Part shown: in pieces, positions 1 through 10,224 of the stretch
Layout of the letters: every line of letters begins with the position of its first letter
Numbering within the stretch: the stretch's first letter is position 1
NCBI GenBank assembly: GCA_012838805.1
Contig: DUON01000020.1
Location: 16,593-80,592 of the forward strand
Direction of reading: 5' to 3'
DNA from: Clostridiales bacterium
GTDB taxonomy: Bacteria > Bacillota > Clostridia > Christensenellales > DTU072
Length of the DNA: 64,000 nt
Notes under the pieces: model-generated
Seen by the model: only the letters and a program-made list of their open reading frames with translations
Told to the model about the DNA's origin: nothing
The model's database searches: none
Program-made: the position numbers and the translations under genes

Positions 1-11
1 TTAATATATAA

Positions 12-704
<693 letters not shown>

Positions 705-716
705 AACAAAAAAACT

Positions 717-745
717 CTGTTTTCAAATTTGAAAACAGCGCTTTT
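717..745. terminator. Bidirectional hairpin terminator between the collagen-like gene and a decayed minus-strand gene
   Basis: 22-nt perfect palindrome ctgttttcaaatttgaaaacag (717-738). An A-run lies upstream and cgctttt downstream. Confidence 0.5.
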
Positions 746-763
746 ACATGGAAAGGCTTTTTC

Positions 764-1303
764 TTATTCGCCTAAGGGAATATCCGGTTTTTCAAACTTT
801 TTCAAGCTCTCCAAATCGTATGACACGATATATTTATCGCTTACAGTATAGATATAGCTTCCTATCCTTAGTCCCCTTTTGATAATTGTGAGTCCAATAT
901 AAAGAGATTGTTATAAATCTCTCTGTCGCTGACCGTGGTGGCGACTCTTAAAAAGCCCTCATATTCGTCCATACAATACCTATCCGTCCACCCTTGCCGC
1001 GGCTTTTTGCTCAAGAGAGTCAAGAGAGAACTTTATTATTCTGGTTTGAGGCAGATACTTTTCTGAAACCTTTGCCCAGCCCAATAAGTTTGTCTCATAA
1101 TTGGCATAGGAATCAAAAGTTGCGACATAGATATTGTCTTTGGACACATAGACTTCTCCGCCCAGCCCTGAATATCCTTTGAGCAAGAACTCCTTATCAG
1201 GCTGATTCAAGTCGATTTTTCCCATAATCGTATAGCTTAAGTTATTTATATCGTCATAGATATAAAGGTTTTCTTCGGGAATGAGCTTTTCTTCTTCACC
1301 CAT
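764..1303 (-). pseudogene. Remnant of a secreted beta-propeller-domain protein (PF09826-like), frameshifted and internally deleted
   Basis: Three consecutive minus-strand pieces lie in three different frames. Piece 1 is 1303-980 (MGEEEKLIPEENLYIYDD...FSLDSLEQKAAARVDG*). Piece 2 is ~978-868 (YCMDEYEGFLRVATTVSDREIYNNLFILDSQLSKGD*). Piece 3 is ~862-764 (GSYIYTVSDKYIVSYDLESLKKFEKPDIPLGE*). MDEYxGxLRVATT is a hallmark of this family, and the total is ~180 aa versus ~600 aa for intact members. Confidence 0.55.
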
Positions 1304-1314
1304 TCTGCTATCTA

Positions 1315-1464
1315 TTATCTTAGAATATAATCTTCTTTCCGCCCATAATAAAAGATATCCTCGACATAGTTTATATCACGGCACCTTGTCATCAAATAAG
1401 CCATGACCTCCGAATAAGTTTGGTCATAGACTTGGTTAAAATATGATGTTATAAGCTCGCTCAT
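1315..1464 (-). pseudogene. Possible N-terminal fragment of a sigma-70/ECF-type sigma factor (49 codons)
   Basis: The minus-strand ORF MSELITSYFNQVYDQTYSEVMAYLMTRCRDINYVEDIFYYGRKEDYILR* resembles the region-2 start of small sigma factors and then stops. It lies directly upstream of the beta-propeller remnant in another frame. Confidence 0.3.
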
Positions 1465-1544
1465 ACCCCTCTTGTATACTAAGTGTCTTGAATAAGGAAA
1501 AAAGTCCCAAAAAAAAATTTATAGCTTAATATACCACACCAGAA

Positions 1545-1580
1545 TAAAATAAAAAGACCCCGAACATAGCCTCGGAGTCT
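1545..1580 (-). terminator. Putative intrinsic terminator downstream of dfx
   Basis: On the minus-strand RNA, agactccga-ggctatgt-tcggggtct is followed by uuuuuauuuu. Confidence 0.45.
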
Positions 1581-1660
1581 AATATTCAGACATTATCTGA
1601 TAAAAACGCTCTTAACTGCGATAAAACTGTTCTATCGCCGTCTTTTCTAAGAATTGCGTC

Positions 1661-2044
1661 TTAATCAATGACTGTCTTCCAAAGTCCGTGGAGGTTGCAG
1701 TACTCAAAAGCCGCCACCGCCTCGTCGTCGACCAAGGCAAAAGAGGCTTGGGGCTCTTCGCCGGGTTGAAGCTCCTTTCTCTGTCCGCCCTTTTTGGTTT
1801 GCAGATATATCCATTGAATATAATGCTCAGGAATCATAGGGTGGGGAGCGCTGCCCACTTTTACGGTGAGTTTATCGCCGTCTTTTCCCACAACGGGAAG
1901 ATGCTTTTCATAAGCTCCTTCGGAGGTGTTGGCGACAAGTTCGGTCATATCCTGTCCGCAGCACACAACGGGAATGCCGGCATCCTCAATTAGTCCCACT
2001 ATGTTTCCGCAAATATCGCATCTAAAAAATCTTATGTCTCTCAT
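1661..2044 (-). CDS. dfx: Desulfoferrodoxin (class I superoxide reductase)
   Basis: 127 aa. The N-terminal desulforedoxin-type CxxC...CC motif (RCDICGN...VVCCGQ) is present. The C-terminal SOR domain shows EKHLPV...HPM..EHYIQWI...CNLHGLW. Confidence 0.9.
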   Translation of the reverse strand: MRDIRFFRCDICGNIVGLIEDAGIPVVCCGQDMTELVANTSEGAYEKHLPVVGKDGDKLTVKVGSAPHPMIPEHYIQWIYLQTKKGGQRKELQPGEEPQASFALVDDEAVAAFEYCNLHGLWKTVID

Positions 2045-2130
2045 AAAAATTTCTCCTTTTTCTTTTATAATACCAAAATATCCACAACAAAGTCAATATG
2101 CAATATCAGCTTTGCAAAAAGAAGCACACT

Positions 2131-3234
2131 TCATATAGCTCTTTTAATTATCGTTTTATTGTCAGAAGTTAATTTCACCGCATAGTCTTTATGGAGCAGA
2201 TTTCCCTCCAAATGGTCGGTCGCCAAGATTTGAGAGCCTAAGGTCATGGCGGCATCGTATCTTTCTTTGGTATAGTCGAACTGTTCGTCTATCCTTGTCC
2301 GTAAGATATAGTTTTGGTTTATTAGCTCTTGCAAACCGTCGGTGAACGGACTGTCCGCTAAAATAATTGCGGTATAGCTCTTTTTTTCGTCGTCGGGTCT
2401 TGTGAATATGAAACCCCTTTGCTTTTCAAATGACGGGTCTATATCAATATAATACTCTTCATTGGGCTTGTCGTCTATTAAAAGCGAAAAATATACCTTG
2501 CCAAGGCAATCCGACAGTTTTGGCCAGCCGTTTTGTTCAATTGCCTCTCTTAAAGACGGATATTCGCCCTTGACATCCGCAGGCTTAATAATTTTGTCGT
2601 CGCCAAAAATTTCTCCCAATGTATCATCCAGCATCTTTATATCTTCTTTTTTGAACTTTCCGATTTTATGGTCATATGGACAAAAACTGTTCCTAACTTG
2701 CAGCATGATATTAATTGGGATATGGTTGGGGTTTATATCCGACCAAAGCTTAATCTCTTGAAGAGTTCTTTTGAAGTCAGGACCGTTGGTTCTCCAGTCG
2801 GCAATGGGGTCATGGATAACCCTCAATTCCTTTTTGTAAATGACGACATCAATCTCAACGCCTCTTATACCTCTGTTCAACTGCTCCGTCAAGGTAGGCA
2901 GACCATAATGCCCATTCCTTACCCTTTGTCCTCCAAAAAATTGCAGAAATTTACTAAAGGGCATAAAAGGCATCCTCTTATAGCTGTTATGGGTTGCCAA
3001 AACTTGAATTTCATTTAGCCTTAATTCGTTGTTATAGATATCGAAATTGGCAAAAGACACCTCATCCACCGGCAGATAACGGTCGTCTAAAAGCTTTTCC
3101 AGCCTTTCTTTTTGCTCCTTATATTCATATTTTGTGTCCTGATAAAAAACAATCGCCAACGCCGCATACCCTATCAAAACAACGCCCAAAACACTTAATA
3201 AAACAATACTTACTATCTTTATTACTTTTTTCAT
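2131..3234 (-). CDS. Membrane-anchored Ca2+-dependent PI-PLC-like phospholipase C family protein
   Basis: 367 aa with an N-terminal TM helix. ATHNSYK...GIRGVEIDV...LRVIHDP...WSDINPNHIPINIMLQVRN matches the bacterial PI-PLC-C1-type pattern. Confidence 0.55.
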   Translation of the reverse strand: MKKVIKIVSIVLLSVLGVVLIGYAALAIVFYQDTKYEYKEQKERLEKLLDDRYLPVDEVSFANFDIYNNELRLNEIQVLATHNSYKRMPFMPFSKFLQFFGGQRVRNGHYGLPTLTEQLNRGIRGVEIDVVIYKKELRVIHDPIADWRTNGPDFKRTLQEIKLWSDINPNHIPINIMLQVRNSFCPYDHKIGKFKKEDIKMLDDTLGEIFGDDKIIKPADVKGEYPSLREAIEQNGWPKLSDCLGKVYFSLLIDDKPNEEYYIDIDPSFEKQRGFIFTRPDDEKKSYTAIILADSPFTDGLQELINQNYILRTRIDEQFDYTKERYDAAMTLGSQILATDHLEGNLLHKDYAVKLTSDNKTIIKRAI

Positions 3235-3430
3235 AAATATATCTTAACAAATTTATCTTTACAAAACAATATCTTTTTTTTTGCTAATCTCATTGTTAAA
3301 AATTAAAACAAAAAAATTCACCAAAAACATAGCCTTTTTGTTTTAGCTATAAGAAAGCAAAAAAAACTACCTTATAAACAACCTAATTAATTGTTTTGAG
3401 CGGTAGGTTTGTCTTTTTGCGAAAACAAAC

Positions 3431-4720
3431 CTATCTTTTCACTACATTAAGATTATCTTCTACAAGCAGCCAAGCTTGTGGGAAATTAAAGTTAAGCTTC
3501 CAAAAACTTATACCGCGGATACCCAGCCTTTTGAGCAGGTCTATTTTGGCTTGTATGCTTCTTGCGTCCTCAAACCATACGATATGTCTATTGCCCTCTG
3601 CATCGGTATAGTTGAAAAAGGGCGCTTGCGCTCTAAAGTCATAGGATATAGCCACATTGTTATCCATAGCGATTTGTATAGCTTGTTGAGGACTTATCGC
3701 TGTGGCAAAGGTTTGACCTCTGACAAAGGGCAGCGTCCAGTCATAACCATATAGATTTTGTCCCATCATTATTTTATATGAAGGCATTTCGCTAAGGGCA
3801 TATCTTAACACCTGTTCTACTGGCCCAATAGGCGATACGGGCATGGGCGGACCGCCTGAAAAACCCCATTCGTATGTCATGATGACCACAAAGTCCACAA
3901 TGCTTCCTATCGCCTGATAGTCATGTGCCTCATACCACTGTCCCATCTGCTGGGCGCTTGTCTTTGGCGCCAATGCCGCCGACACCAAAAGCCCCTCTCC
4001 CCTAAGCCTTTTTGTGGCTCTCCTTAAGAATTCGGTATACGCCTGCCTTAAGTCAACGGGTATAAACTCAAAGTCAAAATGTGCGTCGCTGAACACGCCC
4101 ACCCGCCTTGCTTCGGCGACAATGTTGTCCAAGAGCGTTTGCTGAGAAGTTTCGTCCTGCAAGACCGCCCTTGCCAGCTCTTCGCTGAATCTGCCTTCTT
4201 CGATATTGGTCACGGTCATCATAAGCGTGGTATTGTTTCGTTCGGCAATTTCCGGAAGACCGTTTAAGGGCATGGGGTTTAGTCCGCCGTCCCTTGTCAC
4301 TTGATAACTAAACGGCGCAAGATATGTAAGGTTGGGTGCGGCTTGCTGTGCGGCGAGCAGCAGCGAGGGGCTGACCATATCGCCTACGGGCTCTATGTAA
4401 GCGTTTACTTCCGCCCTAATCTTTGTTCTTGGCGGGATATAGAGCCTAAGCCCTACCTGCAAAGTCGCATTTGGATTGATGTTGTTGATTCGTGCAAGCT
4501 CTCTATAATCTATCCCAAACCTTCTGCCTATCGCCCAAAGGCTGTCTCCGGGCTGCACCCAATAGTATCTCCCCTCTATGGGTATGACCAAAGCCTGCCC
4601 CGCCACCAGACGGTCGGGGTCGGGGATTTCGTTTGCGCGCTGAATTTCTTCTACCGTTGTGTTAAAAGCTCTGGCAATATTCCAGAGGCTGTCTCCTTGC
4701 CTTATAACATAGATTTGCAT
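3431..4720 (-). CDS. sleL: Spore cortex-lytic type glycoside hydrolase: two LysM domains plus a GH18 domain (SleL/YaaH-like)
   Basis: 429 aa. Two N-terminal LysM repeats are present (YVIRQGDSLWNIARAF..., YWVQPGDSLWAIGRRFG...). A GH18-like catalytic region follows (DFVVIMTYEWG). Confidence 0.8.
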   Translation of the reverse strand: MQIYVIRQGDSLWNIARAFNTTVEEIQRANEIPDPDRLVAGQALVIPIEGRYYWVQPGDSLWAIGRRFGIDYRELARINNINPNATLQVGLRLYIPPRTKIRAEVNAYIEPVGDMVSPSLLLAAQQAAPNLTYLAPFSYQVTRDGGLNPMPLNGLPEIAERNNTTLMMTVTNIEEGRFSEELARAVLQDETSQQTLLDNIVAEARRVGVFSDAHFDFEFIPVDLRQAYTEFLRRATKRLRGEGLLVSAALAPKTSAQQMGQWYEAHDYQAIGSIVDFVVIMTYEWGFSGGPPMPVSPIGPVEQVLRYALSEMPSYKIMMGQNLYGYDWTLPFVRGQTFATAISPQQAIQIAMDNNVAISYDFRAQAPFFNYTDAEGNRHIVWFEDARSIQAKIDLLKRLGIRGISFWKLNFNFPQAWLLVEDNLNVVKR

Positions 4721-4860
4721 AATTACCCCTAAAAAACTTAAATTATAATATTAGATTATGAAAAAAAACTCTTTTTTGTTAATAATTCTTACAAAACGCT
4801 TGCTTTTTATATCGTATATAATATAATAAGCGCGTAAAAAAAGATTTTAGGGGAATAGGT

Positions 4861-5820
4861 ATGAAAGAAGCGAACAAAAAAAGACTCAACATGACGGCTC
4901 TATACGCCTCATTGGTTTTGTTTTCATTTATAAGAGCGGTGGGAACATATACTTTCATTGTACCCAACGGATTCGCCCCCGGCGGCGTAAGCGGTCTGTC
5001 CTCGCTTATCTACAACATAGTCCTTCCCTTTAATGAAAGACTGGCGGAAACCGTCTTTAACCCCGCAGTGACAAACTTTGTCTTCAATATACCTTTACTC
5101 TTTTTGGCGTTTAAGTTCCTTAACAAGCACTTTGCCATAAACACCTTTTTATGCGTGGTCTTTTTCTCCTTGTTTATGGGGCTTTTCACGCTAATAGATT
5201 TCCCCGTATTCTGGGCGGGCTCTTATGAAAGCGGAATTATGCTGCTTGCCTCCCTTGTGGGCGGAGCTCTTATCGGCATAGCTTTAGGGCTTATGCTCCG
5301 AACCAATATGAGTATGGGAGGAACGGACATTATCGCCAAAATTATCTACAAAAAGAAACCTTTTTTGAATGTGCATTGGCTGATTTTTATATGTGACTGT
5401 TCGGTAGTCTTTTTGAGCGCTGTTTTGGGCTTTATCGACATAGGCAAAGGCGACGGTGCCAAAGATATCTTAGTAAAGGTTTTGTCTCCCGTATTGTATT
5501 CCTTTATTTCCTTGTTTGTATCCAGTAAAGTTGCAGATATCATACTTGTAGGTCTGGAGTCCTCTGTCGTCTTTAACATCATCACCGCAAAACCCAAAGA
5601 AATGGGGGAGGCGATTATCGGCAAAATCCAAAGAGGAGCAACCATTCTTCAAGGGTCTGGCATGTACACAAACGAGGCACGCCCAATCCTTATTTGCGTC
5701 ATAAAAAGAAAAGAAATCATCCCCTTAAAGAAATTAATAAAAGAAATCGACCCCCAAAGCTTTTCTTATGTCACAAACGCGCGGGAAGTGCACGGTTACG
5801 GTTTCTATACAGGAGACTAA
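4861..5820 (+). CDS. YitT family membrane protein (DUF161/DUF2179)
   Basis: 319 aa, polytopic, with a C-terminal DUF2179-like RGATILQGSGMYT...IDPQSFSYVTNAREVHGYGF. Confidence 0.8.
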   Translation: MKEANKKRLNMTALYASLVLFSFIRAVGTYTFIVPNGFAPGGVSGLSSLIYNIVLPFNERLAETVFNPAVTNFVFNIPLLFLAFKFLNKHFAINTFLCVVFFSLFMGLFTLIDFPVFWAGSYESGIMLLASLVGGALIGIALGLMLRTNMSMGGTDIIAKIIYKKKPFLNVHWLIFICDCSVVFLSAVLGFIDIGKGDGAKDILVKVLSPVLYSFISLFVSSKVADIILVGLESSVVFNIITAKPKEMGEAIIGKIQRGATILQGSGMYTNEARPILICVIKRKEIIPLKKLIKEIDPQSFSYVTNAREVHGYGFYTGD

Positions 5821-6021
5821 GTCTTAAAATTTTTTATACCATTTTATCATAGGCTCAAAAATCTTTGAATCCTTCTGATATGAATTCAATGATAAACAAA
5901 TATTTTTCTAAATTAGCGCTTTATCCTTAAATTCGCCCGCACAAGCCCAACATTTTTTAAGCCTTGATAAAGGATTTAAGCATATGTTATAATTATAAGA
6001 GGGTTATGAGGAGATTTTATC

Positions 6022-6969
6022 ATGAAAAAATGGTTGATAATTACACTCGTGGTTTTGCTGGTGCTTTCTTTAATTGTCATAACAACGGGATGCGCTCTTT
6101 TAGGTCCTACGCCAAAAGAGCCTGACGACAACGGCAACGACCCCAACGGCAACGGCGACGACAACGGCAACGACCCCAACGGCAACGGCGACCCCAACGA
6201 AAACGGCGACCCCAACGAAAACGGCGACCCAAACGAAAATGGCGATAATGGAGAGCCCAATCCCTACTCCCAATTGATAGAAGACCTCTTAGACAAAATC
6301 GGAGACATTGACGATATGTCAAGCTACATATCGGCATTGATATATTTGATTGACGAAATCCCCATAGGCGAAGTGGTGGATAAAGTAGGGGAGCTTGTGG
6401 GGGAAGACGAAGCCCAAATAGTCGAAGAATATCTATCCTTAGGTATCGATAGGCTGGCGTATATAGTGCCTTTACTGCCGTATTTAGATACTATCATAGC
6501 TTTCTTGGAAAGCTCCTGGGGAGAACAGCTTGCTATGCCCATTCTTGAAGAAAAAGGCATAACCAAACAAGGCGACACATACTATTTCACCTATGAGGAA
6601 AAGAACTATACCGCTAAAGTCGAGGAAGGAAAATATACTGTCACCCAAGATGACACCGAACACTATTTGGAATACGACGAAGAACAAAATTATATGTTTT
6701 ATCGTATGACGTACTTGACAGAAGAAGAGACCAGATACACCTTTGAAACAAAACTTATCGACCAAGACTTCGCCATGCAGTTATACGACATTGAAAATCA
6801 GAAATTAGTTCAAATCATGACAGAAATTGAAATGCTTGAAATAACGGTAAGCGTCCAAGAAGAGGTCGCCACCCAACCGTCGGATATCTCCGAGGGCGTG
6901 GACCAAGACTTCGCCACTGAGGGCGAGATCTATTTAATCAATGAAGGTCTGCTTGAGGAGTACGCATAA
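6022..6969 (+). CDS. Acidic lipoprotein with an N-terminal Asp/Asn/Gly/Pro repeat linker, function unknown
   Basis: 315 aa with a signal peptide and lipobox (LIVITTGC). The repeats are DDNGNDPNGNG x2 and DPNENG x3. A GAGGAG RBS precedes the ATG. Confidence 0.6.
   Translation: MKKWLIITLVVLLVLSLIVITTGCALLGPTPKEPDDNGNDPNGNGDDNGNDPNGNGDPNENGDPNENGDPNENGDNGEPNPYSQLIEDLLDKIGDIDDMSSYISALIYLIDEIPIGEVVDKVGELVGEDEAQIVEEYLSLGIDRLAYIVPLLPYLDTIIAFLESSWGEQLAMPILEEKGITKQGDTYYFTYEEKNYTAKVEEGKYTVTQDDTEHYLEYDEEQNYMFYRMTYLTEEETRYTFETKLIDQDFAMQLYDIENQKLVQIMTEIEMLEITVSVQEEVATQPSDISEGVDQDFATEGEIYLINEGLLEEYA
6124..6243 (+). repeat. In-frame tandem repeats: 33 bp x2 followed by 18 bp x3
   Basis: gacgacaacggcaacgaccccaacggcaacggc occurs at 6124-6156 and 6157-6189, identical. 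gaccccaacgaaaacggc occurs at 6190-6207 and 6208-6225, with a 2-mismatch copy at 6226-6243. Confidence 0.9.
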
Positions 6970-7014
6970 GCAAAATATTCTCATTTGAGACCATAAAATC
7001 CCTATAAACATTAC

Positions 7015-7043
7015 AAAAAACGGAATCCAGAGATTCCGTTTTT
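7015..7043. terminator. Bidirectional intrinsic terminator between convergent genes
   Basis: aaaaaa-cggaatc-caga-gattccg-ttttt. Confidence 0.7.
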
Positions 7044-7098
7044 ATAGTTAATAGACTAATAAAATGCCGAAAACTTAGTTTTATCGCTTTTTTACGAA

Positions 7099-7899
7099 TC
7101 AAACAAGCCTTTGAAAAGTTCCGTCCTCTTTTTTTACAACCTTAACCACAGTAGAGCGAGGCAAGCTTTTGGGCGTTTGGTTGGACATGTGGTAAGGTTT
7201 GATATTGCAAGCTTTGCTCTCTCTTATTTCTCTTTTCAAATAAAAACTATATGCTTTATTGTCCGCAATTATGATATGGTCCACCAGCTCCACATCGATA
7301 CACTTCAGCATATGCTTGATGTCTATGGTCATGGCGATATCCGATTCGCTTGGGATTGCGTTCCCCGAAGGATGGTTGTGTGCGATAATCAAGTTTACCG
7401 CCTTATATCTTAAGGCTATATCCACAATGCTCCTTGGACTCAACAAAATGGAGTTTATTTCAGATATCCCCATTTCCACAACTGCGGTGATTCGCTGGCG
7501 GGCATTAAGACAGACCACCACCAAACTTTCCATGTCCCTAAACTGCAGATTGGCTTCCAAAAGGGGCAGGATATCGTCAATATTAATTATGGGATTTTTT
7601 GTGTCAAGCTTGCTTTTTCTATATTCCCTAAAAACTTGGGGCAGAGTATGTAATAGGATAGCGGCATTTCGGGTCATGCCGGGAATTTGGATTAAGTCCT
7701 CTACCGATGCCTCTAAGACATCGGCGAAAGAGCCGAATTTTTTAATCAAATTATGAGCGATAATATTGGTGTTCTTATAAGGTATTCCAAAAAACAGCAA
7801 AAATTCCAGAATCTCATGTTCATGGAATTTATCCAAGCCTATCTCCAAAAGTTTTTTCTTTACCCTTTCCCTATGTCCCAAATGATTAGAGTCGCTCAT
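7099..7899 (-). CDS. radC: RadC-like JAB/MPN domain protein with a C-terminal extension
   Basis: 266 aa. The N-terminal HhH-like region (GHRERVKKK...) and the JAMM motif IAHNHPSGNAIPSESD are present. An extra ~45-aa tail follows. Confidence 0.8.
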   Translation of the reverse strand: MSDSNHLGHRERVKKKLLEIGLDKFHEHEILEFLLFFGIPYKNTNIIAHNLIKKFGSFADVLEASVEDLIQIPGMTRNAAILLHTLPQVFREYRKSKLDTKNPIINIDDILPLLEANLQFRDMESLVVVCLNARQRITAVVEMGISEINSILLSPRSIVDIALRYKAVNLIIAHNHPSGNAIPSESDIAMTIDIKHMLKCIDVELVDHIIIADNKAYSFYLKREIRESKACNIKPYHMSNQTPKSLPRSTVVKVVKKEDGTFQRLV

Positions 7900-7966
7900 T
7901 CGTACCTTCCCCTTTCTCTAAAGATTATACAACCATATCAGCGATTATACAAGCCTTAAGGCAAGG

Positions 7967-9235
7967 TTATTTGAAAGCGCTTTGCCCTCGATAGACGCCT
8001 TTTTGTCCAAGCTCCCTTTCTATCTCCAACAGCCTGTTGTACTTTGCCGTTCTTTCGCTTCGAGATAGAGAGCCGGTCTTTATTTGGTCTGTACCCAGCC
8101 CCACCGCAAGGTCGGCGATAGTCGTATCTTCGGTTTCGCCCGAGCGGTGAGACATCACGGTAGAAAATCCCGCCATTTTAGCCATTTGTATCGCCTGAAT
8201 AGTTTCCGTCAAAGTGCCGATTTGGTTGGGTTTTATCAAAATTGAATTCGCCGCCGAAAGCTCTAATCCCTTTTTCAATCTCTTGGTGTTGGTAACAAAA
8301 AGGTCGTCTCCCACAAGCTGAATGTCAAGTTCTTTCTTTAACAACTGCCAGCCCGTCCAGTCATCCTCATTCGCTCCGTCCTCAATGGAGATTATGGGAT
8401 ACTTTTGTATCAAATTCTTCCAATACCCTGCAAGCTCCTCCCTTGTTAGGCTAATCCCTCTTTTGGGCATTTTATACACGCCGTCCTTAAGCTCCCATTC
8501 GCTTGCGGCGGCGTCAATAGTATACTTTATCCCCTTGGCGTCTGCTCTTTCCAAGGCTTGGTTTAACAGTTCAAAAGCCCTTTCATCGCTTTCAAGGTCG
8601 GGAGCGAAACCGCCCTCGTCGCCCACCGCCACCGACAGATTTTTTTGTTTCAAAATAGCTTTGAGATGCTGAAAGACCTCCGCGCACTTTCTTAAGCCCT
8701 CTGAAAAACTGCTGTATTCGGTAGGGGCTATCATAAATTCTTGGATATCCAAATTATTGGACGCATGGGCACCGCCGTTTATCACATTGCACATGGGAAC
8801 GGGCAAGGTGTTCGTCTTTTCTTCGCCCAAATACCTATAAAGCGGAACGCCTTGGTTTTTCGCCGCCGCCTTGACTACCGCCAAGGACACCGACAATATA
8901 GCGTTCGCCCCAAGTCGGGATTTGTTTTCCGTGCCGTCCAAGTCTATCATTATCTTATCGATATCTTCTTGTCTGAACGCATTTATTCCCACCAGCTCTT
9001 CTTTAATGATTTTATTTACATTCTCACAAGCCTTTGTCACGCCCTTCCCAAGATACCTTTCGGAGTCGTTGTCCCTCAATTCTACTGCCTCATAAAGCCC
9101 CGTTGAGGCTCCCGAAGGCACCGAACAAGAAGCCCTATCTCCGCTTTCTAATGTGACTGTGGTCTTTATGGTGGGGATACCTCTGGAATCTAATATCTCC
9201 ATTGCAAAAATATCTTTTATCTTTGAATTTCTCAT
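7967..9235 (-). CDS. eno: Enolase (phosphopyruvate hydratase)
   Basis: The start was moved to the ATG at 9235 (MRNSKIKDIFAMEILDSRGIPT...), which has a GGAGGG RBS at 9241-9246. Canonical enolase motifs run throughout (SHRSGETEDTTIADLAV). Confidence 0.95.
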   Translation of the reverse strand: MRNSKIKDIFAMEILDSRGIPTIKTTVTLESGDRASCSVPSGASTGLYEAVELRDNDSERYLGKGVTKACENVNKIIKEELVGINAFRQEDIDKIMIDLDGTENKSRLGANAILSVSLAVVKAAAKNQGVPLYRYLGEEKTNTLPVPMCNVINGGAHASNNLDIQEFMIAPTEYSSFSEGLRKCAEVFQHLKAILKQKNLSVAVGDEGGFAPDLESDERAFELLNQALERADAKGIKYTIDAAASEWELKDGVYKMPKRGISLTREELAGYWKNLIQKYPIISIEDGANEDDWTGWQLLKKELDIQLVGDDLFVTNTKRLKKGLELSAANSILIKPNQIGTLTETIQAIQMAKMAGFSTVMSHRSGETEDTTIADLAVGLGTDQIKTGSLSRSERTAKYNRLLEIERELGQKGVYRGQSAFK

Positions 9236-9246
9236 TTTTGCCCTCC

Positions 9247-10224
9247 TTATATGGCTTGGTCTATCTTTTTCCTGACTTGCGAATGCATGCCGCACCTATC
9301 CCCCCACCTTGCCGAAACCTCTCCCTCGGAACATAGCTCAATGACCTCACAGCAGTTTGGGCAGTTTTCACATTGGAAACTTTTGGTAGAGTAGCTATAA
9401 TTAATTATATCAAATCCCGCAAAAGATGTATAACCTTTTTTTTCATATTGACCTTTGGAGATTATCGCGGCACCCAAAGCCCCCATGACATCATAATGTT
9501 CGGGCACTATGAGCTTGGCGTTGAGCTCTTTCTCAAAAGCCGCCACTATGCCGATATTGGCGGCGACTCCCCCTTGGAAGATTATAGGCTCTTCCAGCGT
9601 CTTGCCCTTGGCTATATTGTTGAGATAGTTCCTAACCAGAGCTTGGCACAGTCCGCATATAATATCTTCCAGACATTGTCCGGTCTGCTGTTTGTGTATC
9701 ATGTCGCTTTCTGCAAACACCGCGCATCTTCCCGCGATTCTCACAGGGTTTTTGGATTTTACCGCATAGCTTCCAAATTCCTCAATCGGTATCCCCAGCC
9801 TTGCCGCCTGTCTGTCCAAGAAAGAGCCTGTACCTGCGGCGCATACGGTATTCATTGCAAAATCATAGACTATCTTATCTTTCAATATGATTATTTTGGA
9901 GTCCTGACCGCCTATCTCCAAGACCGTTCTTACATCGGGACAGCATTTAAGTGCGGCTACGGCGTGAGCGGTTATTTCATTTTTAACGGTATCCGCTCCC
10001 ACCACCAAAGACGCCAGCTCCCGCCCGCTGCCCGTGGTCGCAACTCCGCTTACCTTATAGTCCACCAAGCTGTTTTTTATAAGAGAAAGCCCTTTTTTTA
10101 TTACATTTATGGGCTGTCCTTGGGTTCTTAAATATATCTTGTCAATCACATTCAAGCTCTCGTCTACCGCTACAAAATTTGAGCTGACGGAGCCAATATC
10201 AATTCCTAAAAAACAACGCTTCAC
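9247..10224 (-). CDS. BadF/BadG/BcrA/BcrD-type ATPase (acyl-CoA dehydratase activase-like) with a C-terminal Cys cluster
   Basis: 325 aa. It shows the ASKHA phosphate-1 motif GIDIGSVSSN and the cluster ligand region CAAGTGSF. The tail reads CENCPNCCEV...RWGDRCG. Confidence 0.75.
   Translation of the reverse strand: MKRCFLGIDIGSVSSNFVAVDESLNVIDKIYLRTQGQPINVIKKGLSLIKNSLVDYKVSGVATTGSGRELASLVVGADTVKNEITAHAVAALKCCPDVRTVLEIGGQDSKIIILKDKIVYDFAMNTVCAAGTGSFLDRQAARLGIPIEEFGSYAVKSKNPVRIAGRCAVFAESDMIHKQQTGQCLEDIICGLCQALVRNYLNNIAKGKTLEEPIIFQGGVAANIGIVAAFEKELNAKLIVPEHYDVMGALGAAIISKGQYEKKGYTSFAGFDIINYSYSTKSFQCENCPNCCEVIELCSEGEVSARWGDRCGMHSQVRKKIDQAI

Noticed and set aside
3404-3433. 9-bp hairpin (taggtttgt / acaaaccta) overlapping the sleL stop codon as a terminator
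   Set aside because: No U-tract follows it on the minus-strand transcript, so I cannot call it an intrinsic terminator.
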